Shown: positions 1 to 11,779 of the stretch, in pieces
Numbering within the stretch: position 1 is the first letter of the stretch
Layout of the letters: every line of letters begins with the position of its first letter
Source: Thermodesulfobacteriota bacterium
GTDB taxonomy: Bacteria > Desulfobacterota_D > UBA1144 > Nemesobacterales > UBA2774
Direction: 5' to 3'
DNA: 64,000 bases
Assembly (NCBI GenBank): GCA_965216785.1
Contig: OZ244197.1
Location: 384,001 to 448,000, forward strand
Made by a program: the position numbers and the translations under genes
Notes under the pieces: generated by a model
What the model was told of the DNA's origin: nothing
Databases searched by the model: none
The model's input: the letters and a program-made list of their open reading frames with translations, nothing else

Positions 1-159
1 CACAAGGTGGTGGAAACCGCGGGAGCTGGTGTCACCGATATACATATCGGGACGCTTCCGTACGGCTTCGAGGCCGGGAAGAACCTTGATATTTTCAGCT
101 GTATAAGAGTCCTCTTGAATAGACTTTGGGTTCTCTTCTGGGTCTGATTTCAATTCCAA
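1..159 (-). CDS. gyrB: DNA gyrase subunit B, N-terminal part (runs off window start)
   Basis: Translated by hand, not in ORF track. TTG start at 159 after GGAGG gives [53 protein letters not shown], the GyrB/ParE N-terminal motif. ParE cannot be excluded from 53 aa. Confidence 0.85.
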   Translation of the reverse strand, partial: MELKSDPEENPKSIQEDSYTAENIKVLPGLEAVRKRPDMYIGDTSSRGFHHLV

Positions 160-207
160 AATTGACTACCTCCGTGCAAATGCTGGGTGGGGAACTAATG
201 GACTTGT

Positions 208-236
208 ATTATACCATGGCAGAGATAAAAAGTAAA
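208..236 (-). promoter_or_regulatory. Putative sigma70 promoter of gyrB
   Basis: Minus strand reads TTTACT-17 bp-TATAAT with extended -10 TGn (TGGTATAAT), about 50 bp upstream of the start. Confidence 0.6.
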
Positions 237-313
237 ATAAAATCAGGGGGTTTGATCACATTTCCGTCTCAAAATACTAGGCCGAAAAAGCTCATAAATT
301 ATAGGGTGTTACA

Positions 314-334
314 GCGGGGTCGAAGCGGACCCGC
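314..334. other. GC-rich hairpin downstream of dcd (terminator- or REP-like)
   Basis: GCGGGGTC-GAAGCG-GACCCGC, with no clear poly-U tail. Confidence 0.35.
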
Positions 335-345
335 AGCGCTCTTCT

Positions 346-900
346 CTAAAGCTTGGGAGGCGTGATGCCGACCTGGTTCTGATACTTCCCTTTTTTATCG
401 GCGTAAGAGACTTCACATAGCTCATCAGATTCGAAAAACAGCACCTGCGCTATACCCTCGTTTGCGTAAATTTTTGCCGGAAGAGGGGTAGTATTTGATA
501 TCTCCAAAGTCACAAAACCTTCCCATTCGGGCTCGAATGGAGTTACGTTTACGATTATACCGCACCTTGCGTAAGTGGACTTGCCTACACAAAGGGTTAT
601 GGTGCTTCTGGGAATCCTAAAGTACTCGACCGTTCTGGCCAGCGCGAAAGAATTAGGAGGAATCATGCATATGTCCGACTTGATCTCCACAAAGGATTTA
701 TCGTCAAAATCCTTGGGGTCGACAACCGAGTTGTGGACATTCGTGAATACCTTAAATTCATCGCTCACCCTGATGTCGTAACCGTATGCGGAAAGCCCGT
801 AAGAAATGGATCCGTCTCTTACCTGCCCGTCTACAAAAGGCTCGATCATCTTGTGCTCTAATGCCATTTTTCTTATCCAGTGGTCGGGTCTTACTGACAT
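346..900 (-). CDS. dcd: dCTP deaminase
   Basis: [29 protein letters not shown] and YANEGIAQ motifs. Confidence 0.96.
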   Translation of the reverse strand: MSVRPDHWIRKMALEHKMIEPFVDGQVRDGSISYGLSAYGYDIRVSDEFKVFTNVHNSVVDPKDFDDKSFVEIKSDICMIPPNSFALARTVEYFRIPRSTITLCVGKSTYARCGIIVNVTPFEPEWEGFVTLEISNTTPLPAKIYANEGIAQVLFFESDELCEVSYADKKGKYQNQVGITPPKL

Positions 901-973
901 ATCTCTTAGCTCCTTTAGGTTCTTATGCTATGAAATTTAGAGGCATAGTACCATAGATCGAAATTTTTCACAA

Positions 974-1993
974 TCACATAAACTGCTTTAAAAATCTGAT
1001 ATCGTTCTCAAAAAAGAGCCTGATATCGTTTATACCGAATTTAAGCATGGTAATCCGCTCAATACCCATTCCGAATGCAAACCCGCTGTATTTATCCGCG
1101 TCATAACCTACGCTCTTGTATACCTCCGGGTCTACCATTCCGCATCCTAGAATCTCAAGCCACCCGGTTTCCTTGCATACCCTGCAGCCCTGCCCTCCGC
1201 AAATTACGCACTCTATATCGACCTCCGCACTCGGCTCGGTAAAAGGGAAAAACGAGGGTCTGAACCGAACGCCCAAGTCTTCACCGAACACAAGCCTCAG
1301 AAACTCCGTTATTACCCCTTTAAGGTCACCAAAAGTAACATTCTCGTCCACAAGAAGCCCTTCTATCTGATGAAACATGGGAGTGTGGGATACGTCGCTG
1401 TCGCAGCGATAGACTCTACCGGGGGCGATTATTTTTACGGGCGGCTCCTGAGTCTCCATTACCCGTATCTGAACAGGAGAGGTATGGGTCCTCAGCACTA
1501 CTTCGTCTGAGACGTAGAAGGTATCCTGCATATCGCGAGCCGGGTGATTCCGGGGGATATTCAGGGCCTCAAAATTATAGTAGTCACTCTCAACCTCGGG
1601 GCCTTCGGCAACCTGAAACCCCATCCGCTGAAATATATCTATTATTTCTTCCATTACCTGCGTTACAGGGTGAAGCGCCCCCGATGTCACACCCCTTCCG
1701 GGAAGTGTGACATCGATTTTCTCTTGCGACAGGGCTTGTTTCTTCTTTTCATTTCTCAGGCTTTCAAATTTACTATCGAATAAGCCCTCGATGACAACCT
1801 TTGTTTCGTTTACGAGCTTACCCATTTTAGGCCGCTCGCTGTCCGAAAGGTCCTTCATGCCTTTTAGGATTTCAGTAAGGACGCCCTTTCTGCCGACGTA
1901 CTTAGCTTTAAGGTTTTGGAGCGTAGCTTCGTCCCCTACGCTTACAAGCGCGGCTTCTACCTCTTCTCGAAGTGCCTGAAGTTTTTCTTCCAT
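974..1993 (-). CDS. pheS: Phenylalanine-tRNA ligase alpha subunit
   Basis: HPARDMQDTF, LRTHTSPVQ, FRPSFFPFTEPS, GFAFGMGIER. Confidence 0.98.
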   Translation of the reverse strand: MEEKLQALREEVEAALVSVGDEATLQNLKAKYVGRKGVLTEILKGMKDLSDSERPKMGKLVNETKVVIEGLFDSKFESLRNEKKKQALSQEKIDVTLPGRGVTSGALHPVTQVMEEIIDIFQRMGFQVAEGPEVESDYYNFEALNIPRNHPARDMQDTFYVSDEVVLRTHTSPVQIRVMETQEPPVKIIAPGRVYRCDSDVSHTPMFHQIEGLLVDENVTFGDLKGVITEFLRLVFGEDLGVRFRPSFFPFTEPSAEVDIECVICGGQGCRVCKETGWLEILGCGMVDPEVYKSVGYDADKYSGFAFGMGIERITMLKFGINDIRLFFENDIRFLKQFM

Positions 1994-1995
1994 TC

Positions 1996-2502
1996 CTAAT
2001 TCCTTACAACAGAGACTATTGTAATTACTATCATTGCCATGCCTAACGCGCCTTTTGAAATGCTGCCTCCCATCCTTCCGAGAAACGCTCCCCAGCCTGA
2101 TTTCATTGCGCTGTCTAGCTTTTTTTGTATAAATAAATCAACTAAAAACGCCCCCACGAAAGCCCCTATGAATGCGCCGATGACGGCTCCTATGCCCAAA
2201 AAAAACGGTAGACCCATGATGCCGCCGGCGATTCCGAAAACGATGGAGCCTATGATTGCTTTATTACTGGCTTTATATTTCTTAGCACCGTAAATACCCA
2301 GCACAAACTCAATTAGCTCTCCTAGAAGCGCAAGCGCTGTAAGCACGAATAACACGGTGACCGTAACGTCGTGAAATCCCCCGTACCACGCGAGTAATAT
2401 TGAAGCGCCAAGGATTATATAATTACCCGGAAGTCCGAACACATGGGAAATTAAGCCGAAAAATGACACAAGTAAGAATAAGAAAAATATAACATAATCC
2501 AT
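1996..2502 (-). CDS. DUF456-family membrane protein
   Basis: Hydrophobic and Gly-rich (LPG, GAKKYKAS, IGAFIGAFVGAF), 168 aa. Confidence 0.75.
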   Translation of the reverse strand: MDYVIFFLFLLVSFFGLISHVFGLPGNYIILGASILLAWYGGFHDVTVTVLFVLTALALLGELIEFVLGIYGAKKYKASNKAIIGSIVFGIAGGIMGLPFFLGIGAVIGAFIGAFVGAFLVDLFIQKKLDSAMKSGWGAFLGRMGGSISKGALGMAMIVITIVSVVRN

Positions 2503-2542
2503 GACTTGATTAAGGGCTTTGACGAGCCCGCCTAAATACTGC

Positions 2543-3460
2543 TCAAGCGGCCTTGCCCTTTCTATGTCTCCAGAAAATTACAAATGAGCTGGCCACGAAT
2601 ATTGACGAGTAAGTACCCACAATCGCTCCTACTATGAGTGTGAAGGTGAAATCATGAATGACCGAGCCTCCCAAAATGAATAACGGTATAAGTACTAAGA
2701 ATACAGTAACACTCGTAAGAATCGTTCTGGAGAGAGTCTGATTTATACCTTCGTTGACAATTTCTCTGAAGCTTGTTTTTTCGCTCTTTTTGAGATTTTC
2801 CCTTATTCGGTCGAATATAACTATCGTGTCGTTCACAGAAAAACCGATCACTGTCAGAAGCGCCGCAACTATGGCGAGAGAGAACTCTTTATCCGTTATG
2901 GATATGGCACCGAGTGTAATAATAGTATCGTGTATAAGGGCTATAACGGCTCCCATGGCAAAGCCAAATTCAAAACGGAACATTATATATATGAGTATCC
3001 CTACACAGCCAAGCAGAATCGATATTATGGCTTTGGATATCAGCTCTGAGCCCACTCTGGGCCCGATGTAGTCGACCCTTAGTATGGAGCCCCCTTTAAA
3101 CTCGGGATTATCCTTCATTATCCCTTCGAGTTTTGATTGAAAACCCTGTATCTCATCAAATTTCACAGTGTCGGGTGAGAAGCGGATTAAATACTCGTTA
3201 TCACCCGTAAGCCCTAGCCTCTGAACAGCCTCAGGGGCGTAACCTGTGGATTCAAGGACTTTTTCTACCTGATTTAGCTGGAGGTCCTTCTGTAGCTTTA
3301 TATGTATTTCTGTGCCGCCCGTAAACTCAACTCCCCAATTTGGGCCTTTATGATAGATAAGAGATAGGATGGATATTATGATTAGGGCGATAGATATAAA
3401 AGACGCCTTCTTCATCATACCCACAAAGTTGACATGGGTGCCGGGTTTAATTAATTCCAA
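2543..3460 (-). CDS. secF: Protein translocase subunit SecF
   Basis: GVEFTGGT, GFSVNDTIVIFDRIREN, QTLSRTILTS. TTG start with GAGGAGG RBS. Confidence 0.97.
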   Translation of the reverse strand: MELIKPGTHVNFVGMMKKASFISIALIIISILSLIYHKGPNWGVEFTGGTEIHIKLQKDLQLNQVEKVLESTGYAPEAVQRLGLTGDNEYLIRFSPDTVKFDEIQGFQSKLEGIMKDNPEFKGGSILRVDYIGPRVGSELISKAIISILLGCVGILIYIMFRFEFGFAMGAVIALIHDTIITLGAISITDKEFSLAIVAALLTVIGFSVNDTIVIFDRIRENLKKSEKTSFREIVNEGINQTLSRTILTSVTVFLVLIPLFILGGSVIHDFTFTLIVGAIVGTYSSIFVASSFVIFWRHRKGKAA

Positions 3461-3485
3461 GTTAGTGAAACCTCCTCAAGTTCTC

Positions 3486-5084
3486 CTAAATACTAAGTGC
3501 CTGGACCTTTTTCTCCTGATATATCTGGTTAGTTATTACGCGGGCAACTACAACGTTACTGAAGACGGTCGAGATAATACCAATTGAGAGAGTAGCCGCG
3601 AAACCTTTAATCGGGCCCGTGCCGAACCAAAATAGAATGAGAGCTGTGATCAGGGTAGTTATATTCGCATCGAGCACTGTCCATAGGGACCTGCCGTAAC
3701 CGGCGTCAATTGCCGCAAGCGGAGATTTACCAACCCTGAGCTCCTCTTTTATCCTTTCGAAAATGATAATGTTGCCGTCTACCGCCATACCCAGAGTAAG
3801 CACAAGTCCAGCTATACCGGGCAGGGTCAGCGTTACGCCGAATGCCGAGAGAAAACCCATAATAAAGAGCATATTGAGGGCAAGCGCTACATCGGCCACG
3901 ACCCCCTGGAGCCTATAGAAAACAACCATAAATATAAATACGAGTATGCCGCCCACAATCATGGAAAGCTTTCCTTTGTCTATCGAGTCTTTTCCGAGAG
4001 ACGGCCCGACGGTCCTTTCCTGCTCAATAGTAACTGGTACGGGAAGAGCGCCTGAGCGCAGCACAAGGGCAAGGTCTTTTGCCTCATCTGTAGTGAAATC
4101 TCCGGTGATTCTGCCCTGTGAAGTGATCCGCTCCTGAATGACCGGGGCGGACTTAATTACTTCATCAAGAACTATCGCAAGCCTCTTGTCTATATTCTCC
4201 TCGGTAAGCACTCCGAACTTGCTCGCACCCTCGCCTTTAAAGTTAAAGCTGACTGCGGGTCTCCCAAGCTCATCGAAAGTGAGCCTCGCATCGGAAAGTG
4301 ACTCTCCTGTCACATGAGCTTCCGCATCGGTAATAAAGAAGAGCTCGTTTTCAGCCCCGGTATCTCCCGTATGCAATGCAAGACCTTGCTCCTCAAGCTC
4401 TTCGGGTGTTGTAACACCGTATTTCGCAAGAAGAACTTCTTGAGTGGGAGCTGAGTCCGTTACGATTTTGAACTGCAGCACGGCGGAGCGTTTAATGATA
4501 TCGATTATTCTTTGTCTGTCTTTTTCAGAGGCTCCGGGAACCTGTATGAGAATCCTATCGGCCCCCGCCTTTTGAATGGACGGCTCTACGAGTCCGAGCT
4601 CCCCAACACGGTTTTCTATTACCTGTTTCACCTGATCGATCGCGTTAGTCTCCGCATCGGATATATAAGACTGATTTAAGTCAAAGCTAAGAGACAAATC
4701 CTTTTCCTGAATATCGGATATCTGGCCGAAGTTGGTCTCGGCAACAGCTTTCGCCTTATCTAGGTCTGCTTTTGAGAAAAACTGAAGTGTAAGGGTATCA
4801 CCTGTTTTTTCAGAGCCTTTTATGAGGACCCTCTCACCCTTAAGCTCCGTGTTCATAAAGTCTTTAATACTTCCAAGCTCGTTCTCAACGGCTTTATCCG
4901 TGTCTACACCCAGGAGCAGGAATATGCCGCCCCTTAAGTCAAGCCCGAGTCTGATCCCTCTATCGGGGAACAGTCTTCCCCACCACCCCGGAAGTGAATC
5001 ACCCAGAAGCGTCGGGGTGAGCAGTATAAGGGACATAATAAACACTGCCATGATTGTAACTATCCAAGCTCGTGAAGCTCTCAT
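3486..5084 (-). CDS. secD: Protein translocase subunit SecD
   Basis: LGLDLRGG, LRSGALP, VGPSLG, GMAVDGNIIIFERIKEE. Confidence 0.97.
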   Translation of the reverse strand: MRASRAWIVTIMAVFIMSLILLTPTLLGDSLPGWWGRLFPDRGIRLGLDLRGGIFLLLGVDTDKAVENELGSIKDFMNTELKGERVLIKGSEKTGDTLTLQFFSKADLDKAKAVAETNFGQISDIQEKDLSLSFDLNQSYISDAETNAIDQVKQVIENRVGELGLVEPSIQKAGADRILIQVPGASEKDRQRIIDIIKRSAVLQFKIVTDSAPTQEVLLAKYGVTTPEELEEQGLALHTGDTGAENELFFITDAEAHVTGESLSDARLTFDELGRPAVSFNFKGEGASKFGVLTEENIDKRLAIVLDEVIKSAPVIQERITSQGRITGDFTTDEAKDLALVLRSGALPVPVTIEQERTVGPSLGKDSIDKGKLSMIVGGILVFIFMVVFYRLQGVVADVALALNMLFIMGFLSAFGVTLTLPGIAGLVLTLGMAVDGNIIIFERIKEELRVGKSPLAAIDAGYGRSLWTVLDANITTLITALILFWFGTGPIKGFAATLSIGIISTVFSNVVVARVITNQIYQEKKVQALSI

Positions 5085-5104
5085 ATGTTAGGTTATTCCT
5101 CCTG

Positions 5105-6639
<1,535 letters not shown>

Positions 6640-7440
6640 TTATAATTCAAGCACGTCCTTCATCGTGTAGAGCCCCGGGGATTTTCCGTAAATCCACCTC
6701 ACCGCCCTCACTACTCCTTTAGCGAAATTGTCGCGGTTCATAGCCCTGTGTGTAAGCTCTAAACGCTCTCCGTCTCCAAAGAACATCACCGTGTGCTCAC
6801 CAACGGTGTCTCCACCCCTTACTGACTGAAGCCCAATCTCCTTGTCACCTCTTTTCCCTATCCTGCCGTGGCGCTCGAACCTGGCTGTGCTTTGAAAGTC
6901 CCAACCCAGCCCCTTTGCCGCGGCCTCTCCCAGCCCGAGCGCTGTTCCGCTCGGAGAATCGGCCTTTAAATTATGATGCGCTTCAACTATCTCAATATCG
7001 TATTCCTCACCCAGAACCTCGGCAATCTGCTTTGTGATTTCGAACATTACGTTTACCCCAATGCTCATATTGGGAGCGAATACACAGGGAAAACTCTCTG
7101 CGAGCTCAAACAATCTGTCTTTTTCAGTATCTTCAAAACCGGTAGTGCCGATTACCATTGATTTACTAAGAGTTTTTGCAAGCTCAGCGTTCTTCAAAGT
7201 TGCGGAAGGAGAAGTGAAGTCAACTATAACGTCGGCGTCGGCAGAGGCTTGGCTCAAGTCTGAAGAGACGGTGACGCCGATTTTCCCCTCCCCCGCCAAA
7301 GCGCCCGCATCACTGCCGATGGACCCGTGGCCCGGGGCCTCTGTTGCGCCCACTATTTCTATGTCCTTGGCCTGATTGAGAAAATGAAGTATGCGGAGCC
7401 CCATTCTTCCGGCTGCACCGGTGACTGCTACCTTAACCAT
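6640..7440 (-). CDS. dapB: 4-hydroxy-tetrahydrodipicolinate reductase
   Basis: GAAGRMG, IGTTG, EAHHNLKADSPSGTA, GEHTV. Confidence 0.97.
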   Translation of the reverse strand: MVKVAVTGAAGRMGLRILHFLNQAKDIEIVGATEAPGHGSIGSDAGALAGEGKIGVTVSSDLSQASADADVIVDFTSPSATLKNAELAKTLSKSMVIGTTGFEDTEKDRLFELAESFPCVFAPNMSIGVNVMFEITKQIAEVLGEEYDIEIVEAHHNLKADSPSGTALGLGEAAAKGLGWDFQSTARFERHGRIGKRGDKEIGLQSVRGGDTVGEHTVMFFGDGERLELTHRAMNRDNFAKGVVRAVRWIYGKSPGLYTMKDVLEL

Positions 7441-7442
7441 AA

Positions 7443-7973
7443 CTATTCAATGACCTCAATCACGGGCTCTTGAATCTCTATCACAGGCTCTTGCTCTACC
7501 TCTATACAGCCTTCTATGCAGCTATCGGACGTAATAAGCCACTTGTCCTCAAAAACCCCAAGTGAATATTGGCTCGTTTGATTGAGGTTTATCAGACTTC
7601 CTGAAGTCGGTGATTTGCGCTGTGTGCTAAGCTCGACCACCACAGTAGAAGTCCTGTCATAAATCTGTGTAGCCAGCATGCGGTAGCTAATTAGCGAAAA
7701 ATTATTGTCTGATAAAGTATTTTTCATCTGATTTATATATCCCGCTTTGTCGGTGTAGGGAACACTCACGTATTTGTAAGCCTTATCATAATTTTCGCGC
7801 TTAATGGCATTCAAATAATCTTTTACTACCTCGGTCGGAGTCGGTTTTATATCCTTACGCTTGACCTCCGGGATGTCCGCTATATATTCAGGCTCTGATT
7901 TTTTCCCGCAGGCGATGACCGGAATTAGAAGAAGCAGTGTAAGCAGCGACAGCTTCCTCAAGTTGTTAATCAT
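7443..7973 (-). CDS. Hypothetical lipoprotein, NTF2-like (DUF4878-like) fold
   Basis: Lipobox VIAC, PTEVVKDYLNAI..ENYDKAY helix, C-terminal KW strand, short QEPVIE repeat. Start moved to ATG 7973. Confidence 0.6.
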   Translation of the reverse strand: MINNLRKLSLLTLLLLIPVIACGKKSEPEYIADIPEVKRKDIKPTPTEVVKDYLNAIKRENYDKAYKYVSVPYTDKAGYINQMKNTLSDNNFSLISYRMLATQIYDRTSTVVVELSTQRKSPTSGSLINLNQTSQYSLGVFEDKWLITSDSCIEGCIEVEQEPVIEIQEPVIEVIE

Positions 7974-8173
7974 GATTTTCTGATTATACCTGTTCATTTG
8001 TGGAATAGAATAAGTCGGCATGTGCCATATTTCAAGAAATTTTCCACATTGCCGGGATCCGCACTACTATCAACCCGGGTGATTTATGAAGTATCATTAT
8101 ATAAAGTCTTCACCGGGGACCTCTTCTAAAGCCTCCGAGATAAGGGAATGCCATCTAATTTAGCGACTTAATT

Positions 8174-8701
8174 ATGAGCATACTAAAAGAACCAAAACCC
8201 GTTTATTTATTTACGGCGATTATATATAAACCCGATTCAGAGCTTGATGACTGCATAAAAGCCCTGAATAGCAAGTTTGGGGAAGTAGATTTTGAAAGCC
8301 CCGCACTCCCCTTTGAGGGGACTTCTTATTACGAGAGTGAGATGGGTAAAGAGCTCAAGAGAAAAATAATCACTTTTCAAAGACTCATAGCGCGCGATAA
8401 ACTCAAGCAAGTAAAAGTGTTTACCCAGGGCTTGGAAGAAAAATTCTCGGAGAACGGGCATAGGACGATAAACATCGATCCCGGATACATTGCCCAGGAG
8501 CATGTGGTTCTGGCCACGGGTAAGGGCTTTGCACACAGGCCTTATCTGGGAGAAGGCGTATACGCAGACCTTACGCTAATCTATAGGGGAGATGAATACT
8601 CTACACTTGAGTGGACTTACCCTGACTACGGGAATAGTGAAATGAGAGCTCTGTTTCAAAGACTAAGGAAAAAGTATGAAGGCAAACTGAACCCGGATTG
8701 A
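8174..8701 (+). CDS. DUF4416-family protein
   Basis: TSYYESEMG, RTINIDPGY, HRPYL, WTYPDY. Lies directly upstream of yicC. Confidence 0.8.
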   Translation: MSILKEPKPVYLFTAIIYKPDSELDDCIKALNSKFGEVDFESPALPFEGTSYYESEMGKELKRKIITFQRLIARDKLKQVKVFTQGLEEKFSENGHRTINIDPGYIAQEHVVLATGKGFAHRPYLGEGVYADLTLIYRGDEYSTLEWTYPDYGNSEMRALFQRLRKKYEGKLNPD

Positions 8702-8785
8702 CAAAGACTCAATAAAAAATGTATTGTATCTGACACTCTATACGGCCTGATGCCGGGCTCTACTAAGCCTTACGAGGAAAGTCAC

Positions 8786-9655
8786 ATGAAAAGCATGACC
8801 GGATTTGGAAAAAGCGAAAGAGAGACTAAAAACGGCAAGATAACCATCGAAGCTCGCTCTGAAAATCATAGATTCCTTGACATTAAACTCCAGATTCCCG
8901 AATCTGTAATGTCCATTGAGCCTGAGCTTTCGGAATACGTTAAAAAGGTAATCCGGCGAGGTAAAGTAAGGGTAACTGTATCTATAGAGGGGAAAAGACA
9001 AAACTCCTCAGCCCTTGACCTGGATATTGCCCGTGAATCAAAGAGAACTCTTGAGAAGCTAAAGAAAGAGCTTCAAATAAAAGAGGATATACGTCTTGAG
9101 CATTTGCTTGCTATTAAGGAGATATTCCCCTCTGAGTCAGGCTCGCCTTTGAATCGGAGTCAGATATCGGCCCTAAAGAAAACACTGGCAAGCGCGATCC
9201 AAAAGCTTGATGACTCGAGAAAAATTGAAGGCGGCAAGCTCGAGAAAGACCTTCGTCAGAGAATCGGAAAAATCGAGCGCCTTACAAAGAAAATAACCAC
9301 AAAAAGAAAAGAGTTTATGAAAACCGCATCGGCCAAATTGAAAGAGAGAATTGAGAAAATTCTCGAGGACACTCAAATCGACGAAGGGCGTCTTTACCAG
9401 GAAACCGCATTTTTAGCAGAAAGAAGCGATATTACCGAAGAGCTGGTAAGACTAAACGCTCACATAGGCAAATTCAGGGAGACCCTGAAACAGTCGGGCT
9501 CAGTGGGTAAGGAGCTCGATTTCCTCCTTCAGGAGATGAACCGTGAATCGGGCACTATCTCGGCAAAATCCAAAGACGCTTCAATTTCTCACATATCTAT
9601 CGAGTTCCGCTCGGAGCTTGAGAAGATAAGAGAACAGGTTCAGAATATAGAATAG
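8786..9655 (+). CDS. yicC: YicC/YloC-family endoribonuclease
   Basis: MKSMTGFG start, DITEELVRL, LDFLLQEMNRE, EKIREQVQNIE end. Confidence 0.95.
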   Translation: MKSMTGFGKSERETKNGKITIEARSENHRFLDIKLQIPESVMSIEPELSEYVKKVIRRGKVRVTVSIEGKRQNSSALDLDIARESKRTLEKLKKELQIKEDIRLEHLLAIKEIFPSESGSPLNRSQISALKKTLASAIQKLDDSRKIEGGKLEKDLRQRIGKIERLTKKITTKRKEFMKTASAKLKERIEKILEDTQIDEGRLYQETAFLAERSDITEELVRLNAHIGKFRETLKQSGSVGKELDFLLQEMNRESGTISAKSKDASISHISIEFRSELEKIREQVQNIE

Positions 9656-9844
9656 TAACAACCCAATTGTCCGGCCATGCCTTGGCTTTAGGTACCCTGC
9701 GTCTTAAGCACAAAACCATACATAGCATGAAAGTTGCAAGTTTTAAACACTATGCTATGATTTCTTGGTTTTCAAATAAGGATTATTTGATTTATAGAGA
9801 TTCCATTTTGTTAGCATCTCGCCATAAAAAAGGAGTAATTGATA

Positions 9845-10714
9845 ATGAGCATCCTAGTGAATAAAGACAGTAAAGTTATCGTCCAAGGCATTACTGGAAG
9901 CGCGGGCCTTTTTCACGCGACCCAGTGCCGAGAGTACGGCACCCAGGTAGTGGGCGGAGTAACGCCTGGTAAAGGGGGAACGGACGTGGACGGGTTTCCG
10001 GTATTCGACACTGTGTCTAAAGCGGTTGCGAGCACTGGAGCTAATACTTCACTGATATTCGTCCCTGCTCCTTTTTGCCTGGATTCGATGATAGAGGCTA
10101 TTGACGCCGGAGTGGAGCTCGTTATCTGCATAACCGAGGGCATACCCACACTCGATATGATTAAGGTAAAGAAGTACATGGAGGGGAAGGACGTAAGACT
10201 GATCGGACCCAACTGTCCGGGAGTTATGACCCCTGGAGAGGCCAAAGTGGGCATTATGCCGGGTTACATACACACCCCGGGGAGGATAGGGATCATTTCA
10301 AGAAGCGGCACACTTACTTATGAGGCCGTGTGGCAGCTTTCTAACCTGGGGATAGGACAGTCTACCTCTGTGGGCATTGGCGGAGACCCCGTAATCGGCT
10401 CTACTTTTATCGACATTTTAGGTCTCTTTGAAGAAGACGACGACACCGATGCTGTTGTGATGATAGGAGAGATCGGCGGAAGCGCCGAGGAAGAGGCGGC
10501 TGAGTTTATAAAGGACAACATGTCAAAACCCGTAGTAGCGTTCATTGCGGGAGCTACAGCTCCTAAGGGAAAAAGGATGGGACACGCGGGAGCGATCATA
10601 TCCGGAAGCTCCGGAAGCGCAAAGGATAAAGTGGCCGCGCTCGAGCGGGCAGGTGTTACGGTGTGTCCGAGCCCTGCTGAAATGGGCGAGACGCTACAGG
10701 CCAGAATCGCTTAG
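9845..10714 (+). CDS. sucD: Succinyl-CoA ligase alpha subunit
   Basis: [29 protein letters not shown] (phospho-His). Confidence 0.98.
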   Translation: MSILVNKDSKVIVQGITGSAGLFHATQCREYGTQVVGGVTPGKGGTDVDGFPVFDTVSKAVASTGANTSLIFVPAPFCLDSMIEAIDAGVELVICITEGIPTLDMIKVKKYMEGKDVRLIGPNCPGVMTPGEAKVGIMPGYIHTPGRIGIISRSGTLTYEAVWQLSNLGIGQSTSVGIGGDPVIGSTFIDILGLFEEDDDTDAVVMIGEIGGSAEEEAAEFIKDNMSKPVVAFIAGATAPKGKRMGHAGAIISGSSGSAKDKVAALERAGVTVCPSPAEMGETLQARIA

Positions 10715-10725
10715 AATAAGCAGGT

Positions 10726-11685
10726 TCAGACGGCCTGATTGTACAGCTCTTTATTTTCCACCAGCCAATCGTAGTGCTTTGATATTCCCTCTGCAATACT
10801 TATCTTAGGAGAGTAAGAAAGATCCTTTTCCGCCTTTGATATATCGGCGAACGTGTGCTTGGCGTCCCCTCTTTGAGTATCGGCATATTTTATTTTTGCT
10901 GCCCTTCCCACTACTTCCTCGATTATTTTTATGGCATCGCTAAGAATGATTCTGCTTCCCCCGCCGATGTTGTAAATCCCCCCGGGCCTGCCATTATCAA
11001 GAGCTTGCATATTGGCCGTAACTGCGTCACTTACAAACGTGAAATCTCTTGTTTGCTCACCGGTGCCGTAGATCTCGATCTCCTCACCGTTCATTACAGC
11101 GCTTATAAATTTATGAAACGCCATGTCGGGACGCTGCCTCGGACCGTAAACCGTAAAGTACCTGAGGGACACCGTGGGGATACCGTATCCCGTATGGTAA
11201 AGAGAAACCAAATGCTCGCCGGCAAGCTTCGTCACTCCGTAAGGAGAGACGGGTCTTTGAGGGGAGTTTTCCGTAATAGGGAGGTCCTGGGCGTCACCGT
11301 ATACCGAGGAGGAGGAAGCGTAAATAAATTTCTTAAGGTCTTTGCCCTTAGAAGCTTCGAGCAGGAGTTGAGTTGCCAGGACGTTATTATTAACATAATC
11401 CTTGAATTTCTTTCCCCAGCTTGATCTGACACCGGCAAGGGCCGCCTGATGGAAAACAGCGTCCACCCCGGAGATTAAACTGTTAAGATCTAGCTCCGCG
11501 AGGTCTCCTTGGATAAACTCAAACCCACTGTGAGCGAGAAGTCCCTTCAGATTATTCTCTTTTATTCTCTTCGGATAGTAATCGAAAAATGAATCTACCC
11601 CTAAAACTTCATATCCGCCGGCTATCAGCCTTTCAGTCAGATGAGAGCCGATAAAGCCTGCAACTCCCGTAACAAGAACTCGCAT
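10726..11685 (-). CDS. NAD-dependent nucleotide-sugar epimerase/dehydratase
   Basis: GVAGFIG, ASSSSVYG, YGVTK, YFTVYGPRQRPDMA. Confidence 0.92.
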   Translation of the reverse strand: MRVLVTGVAGFIGSHLTERLIAGGYEVLGVDSFFDYYPKRIKENNLKGLLAHSGFEFIQGDLAELDLNSLISGVDAVFHQAALAGVRSSWGKKFKDYVNNNVLATQLLLEASKGKDLKKFIYASSSSVYGDAQDLPITENSPQRPVSPYGVTKLAGEHLVSLYHTGYGIPTVSLRYFTVYGPRQRPDMAFHKFISAVMNGEEIEIYGTGEQTRDFTFVSDAVTANMQALDNGRPGGIYNIGGGSRIILSDAIKIIEEVVGRAAKIKYADTQRGDAKHTFADISKAEKDLSYSPKISIAEGISKHYDWLVENKELYNQAV

Positions 11686-11779
11686 ATAGGATTCATCTCC
11701 CGCTTGATTGATCTATTAAAATTGCGTCGTTATACAATTTGACAAAGCACAAAACACCAATAACAATTGTACTAATCTC

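Noticed and set aside
126-365. 79-aa plus-strand ORF, and the similar spacer ORF 9667-9864
   Set aside because: They overlap promoter regions or real genes on the other strand and have no RBS or motif support.
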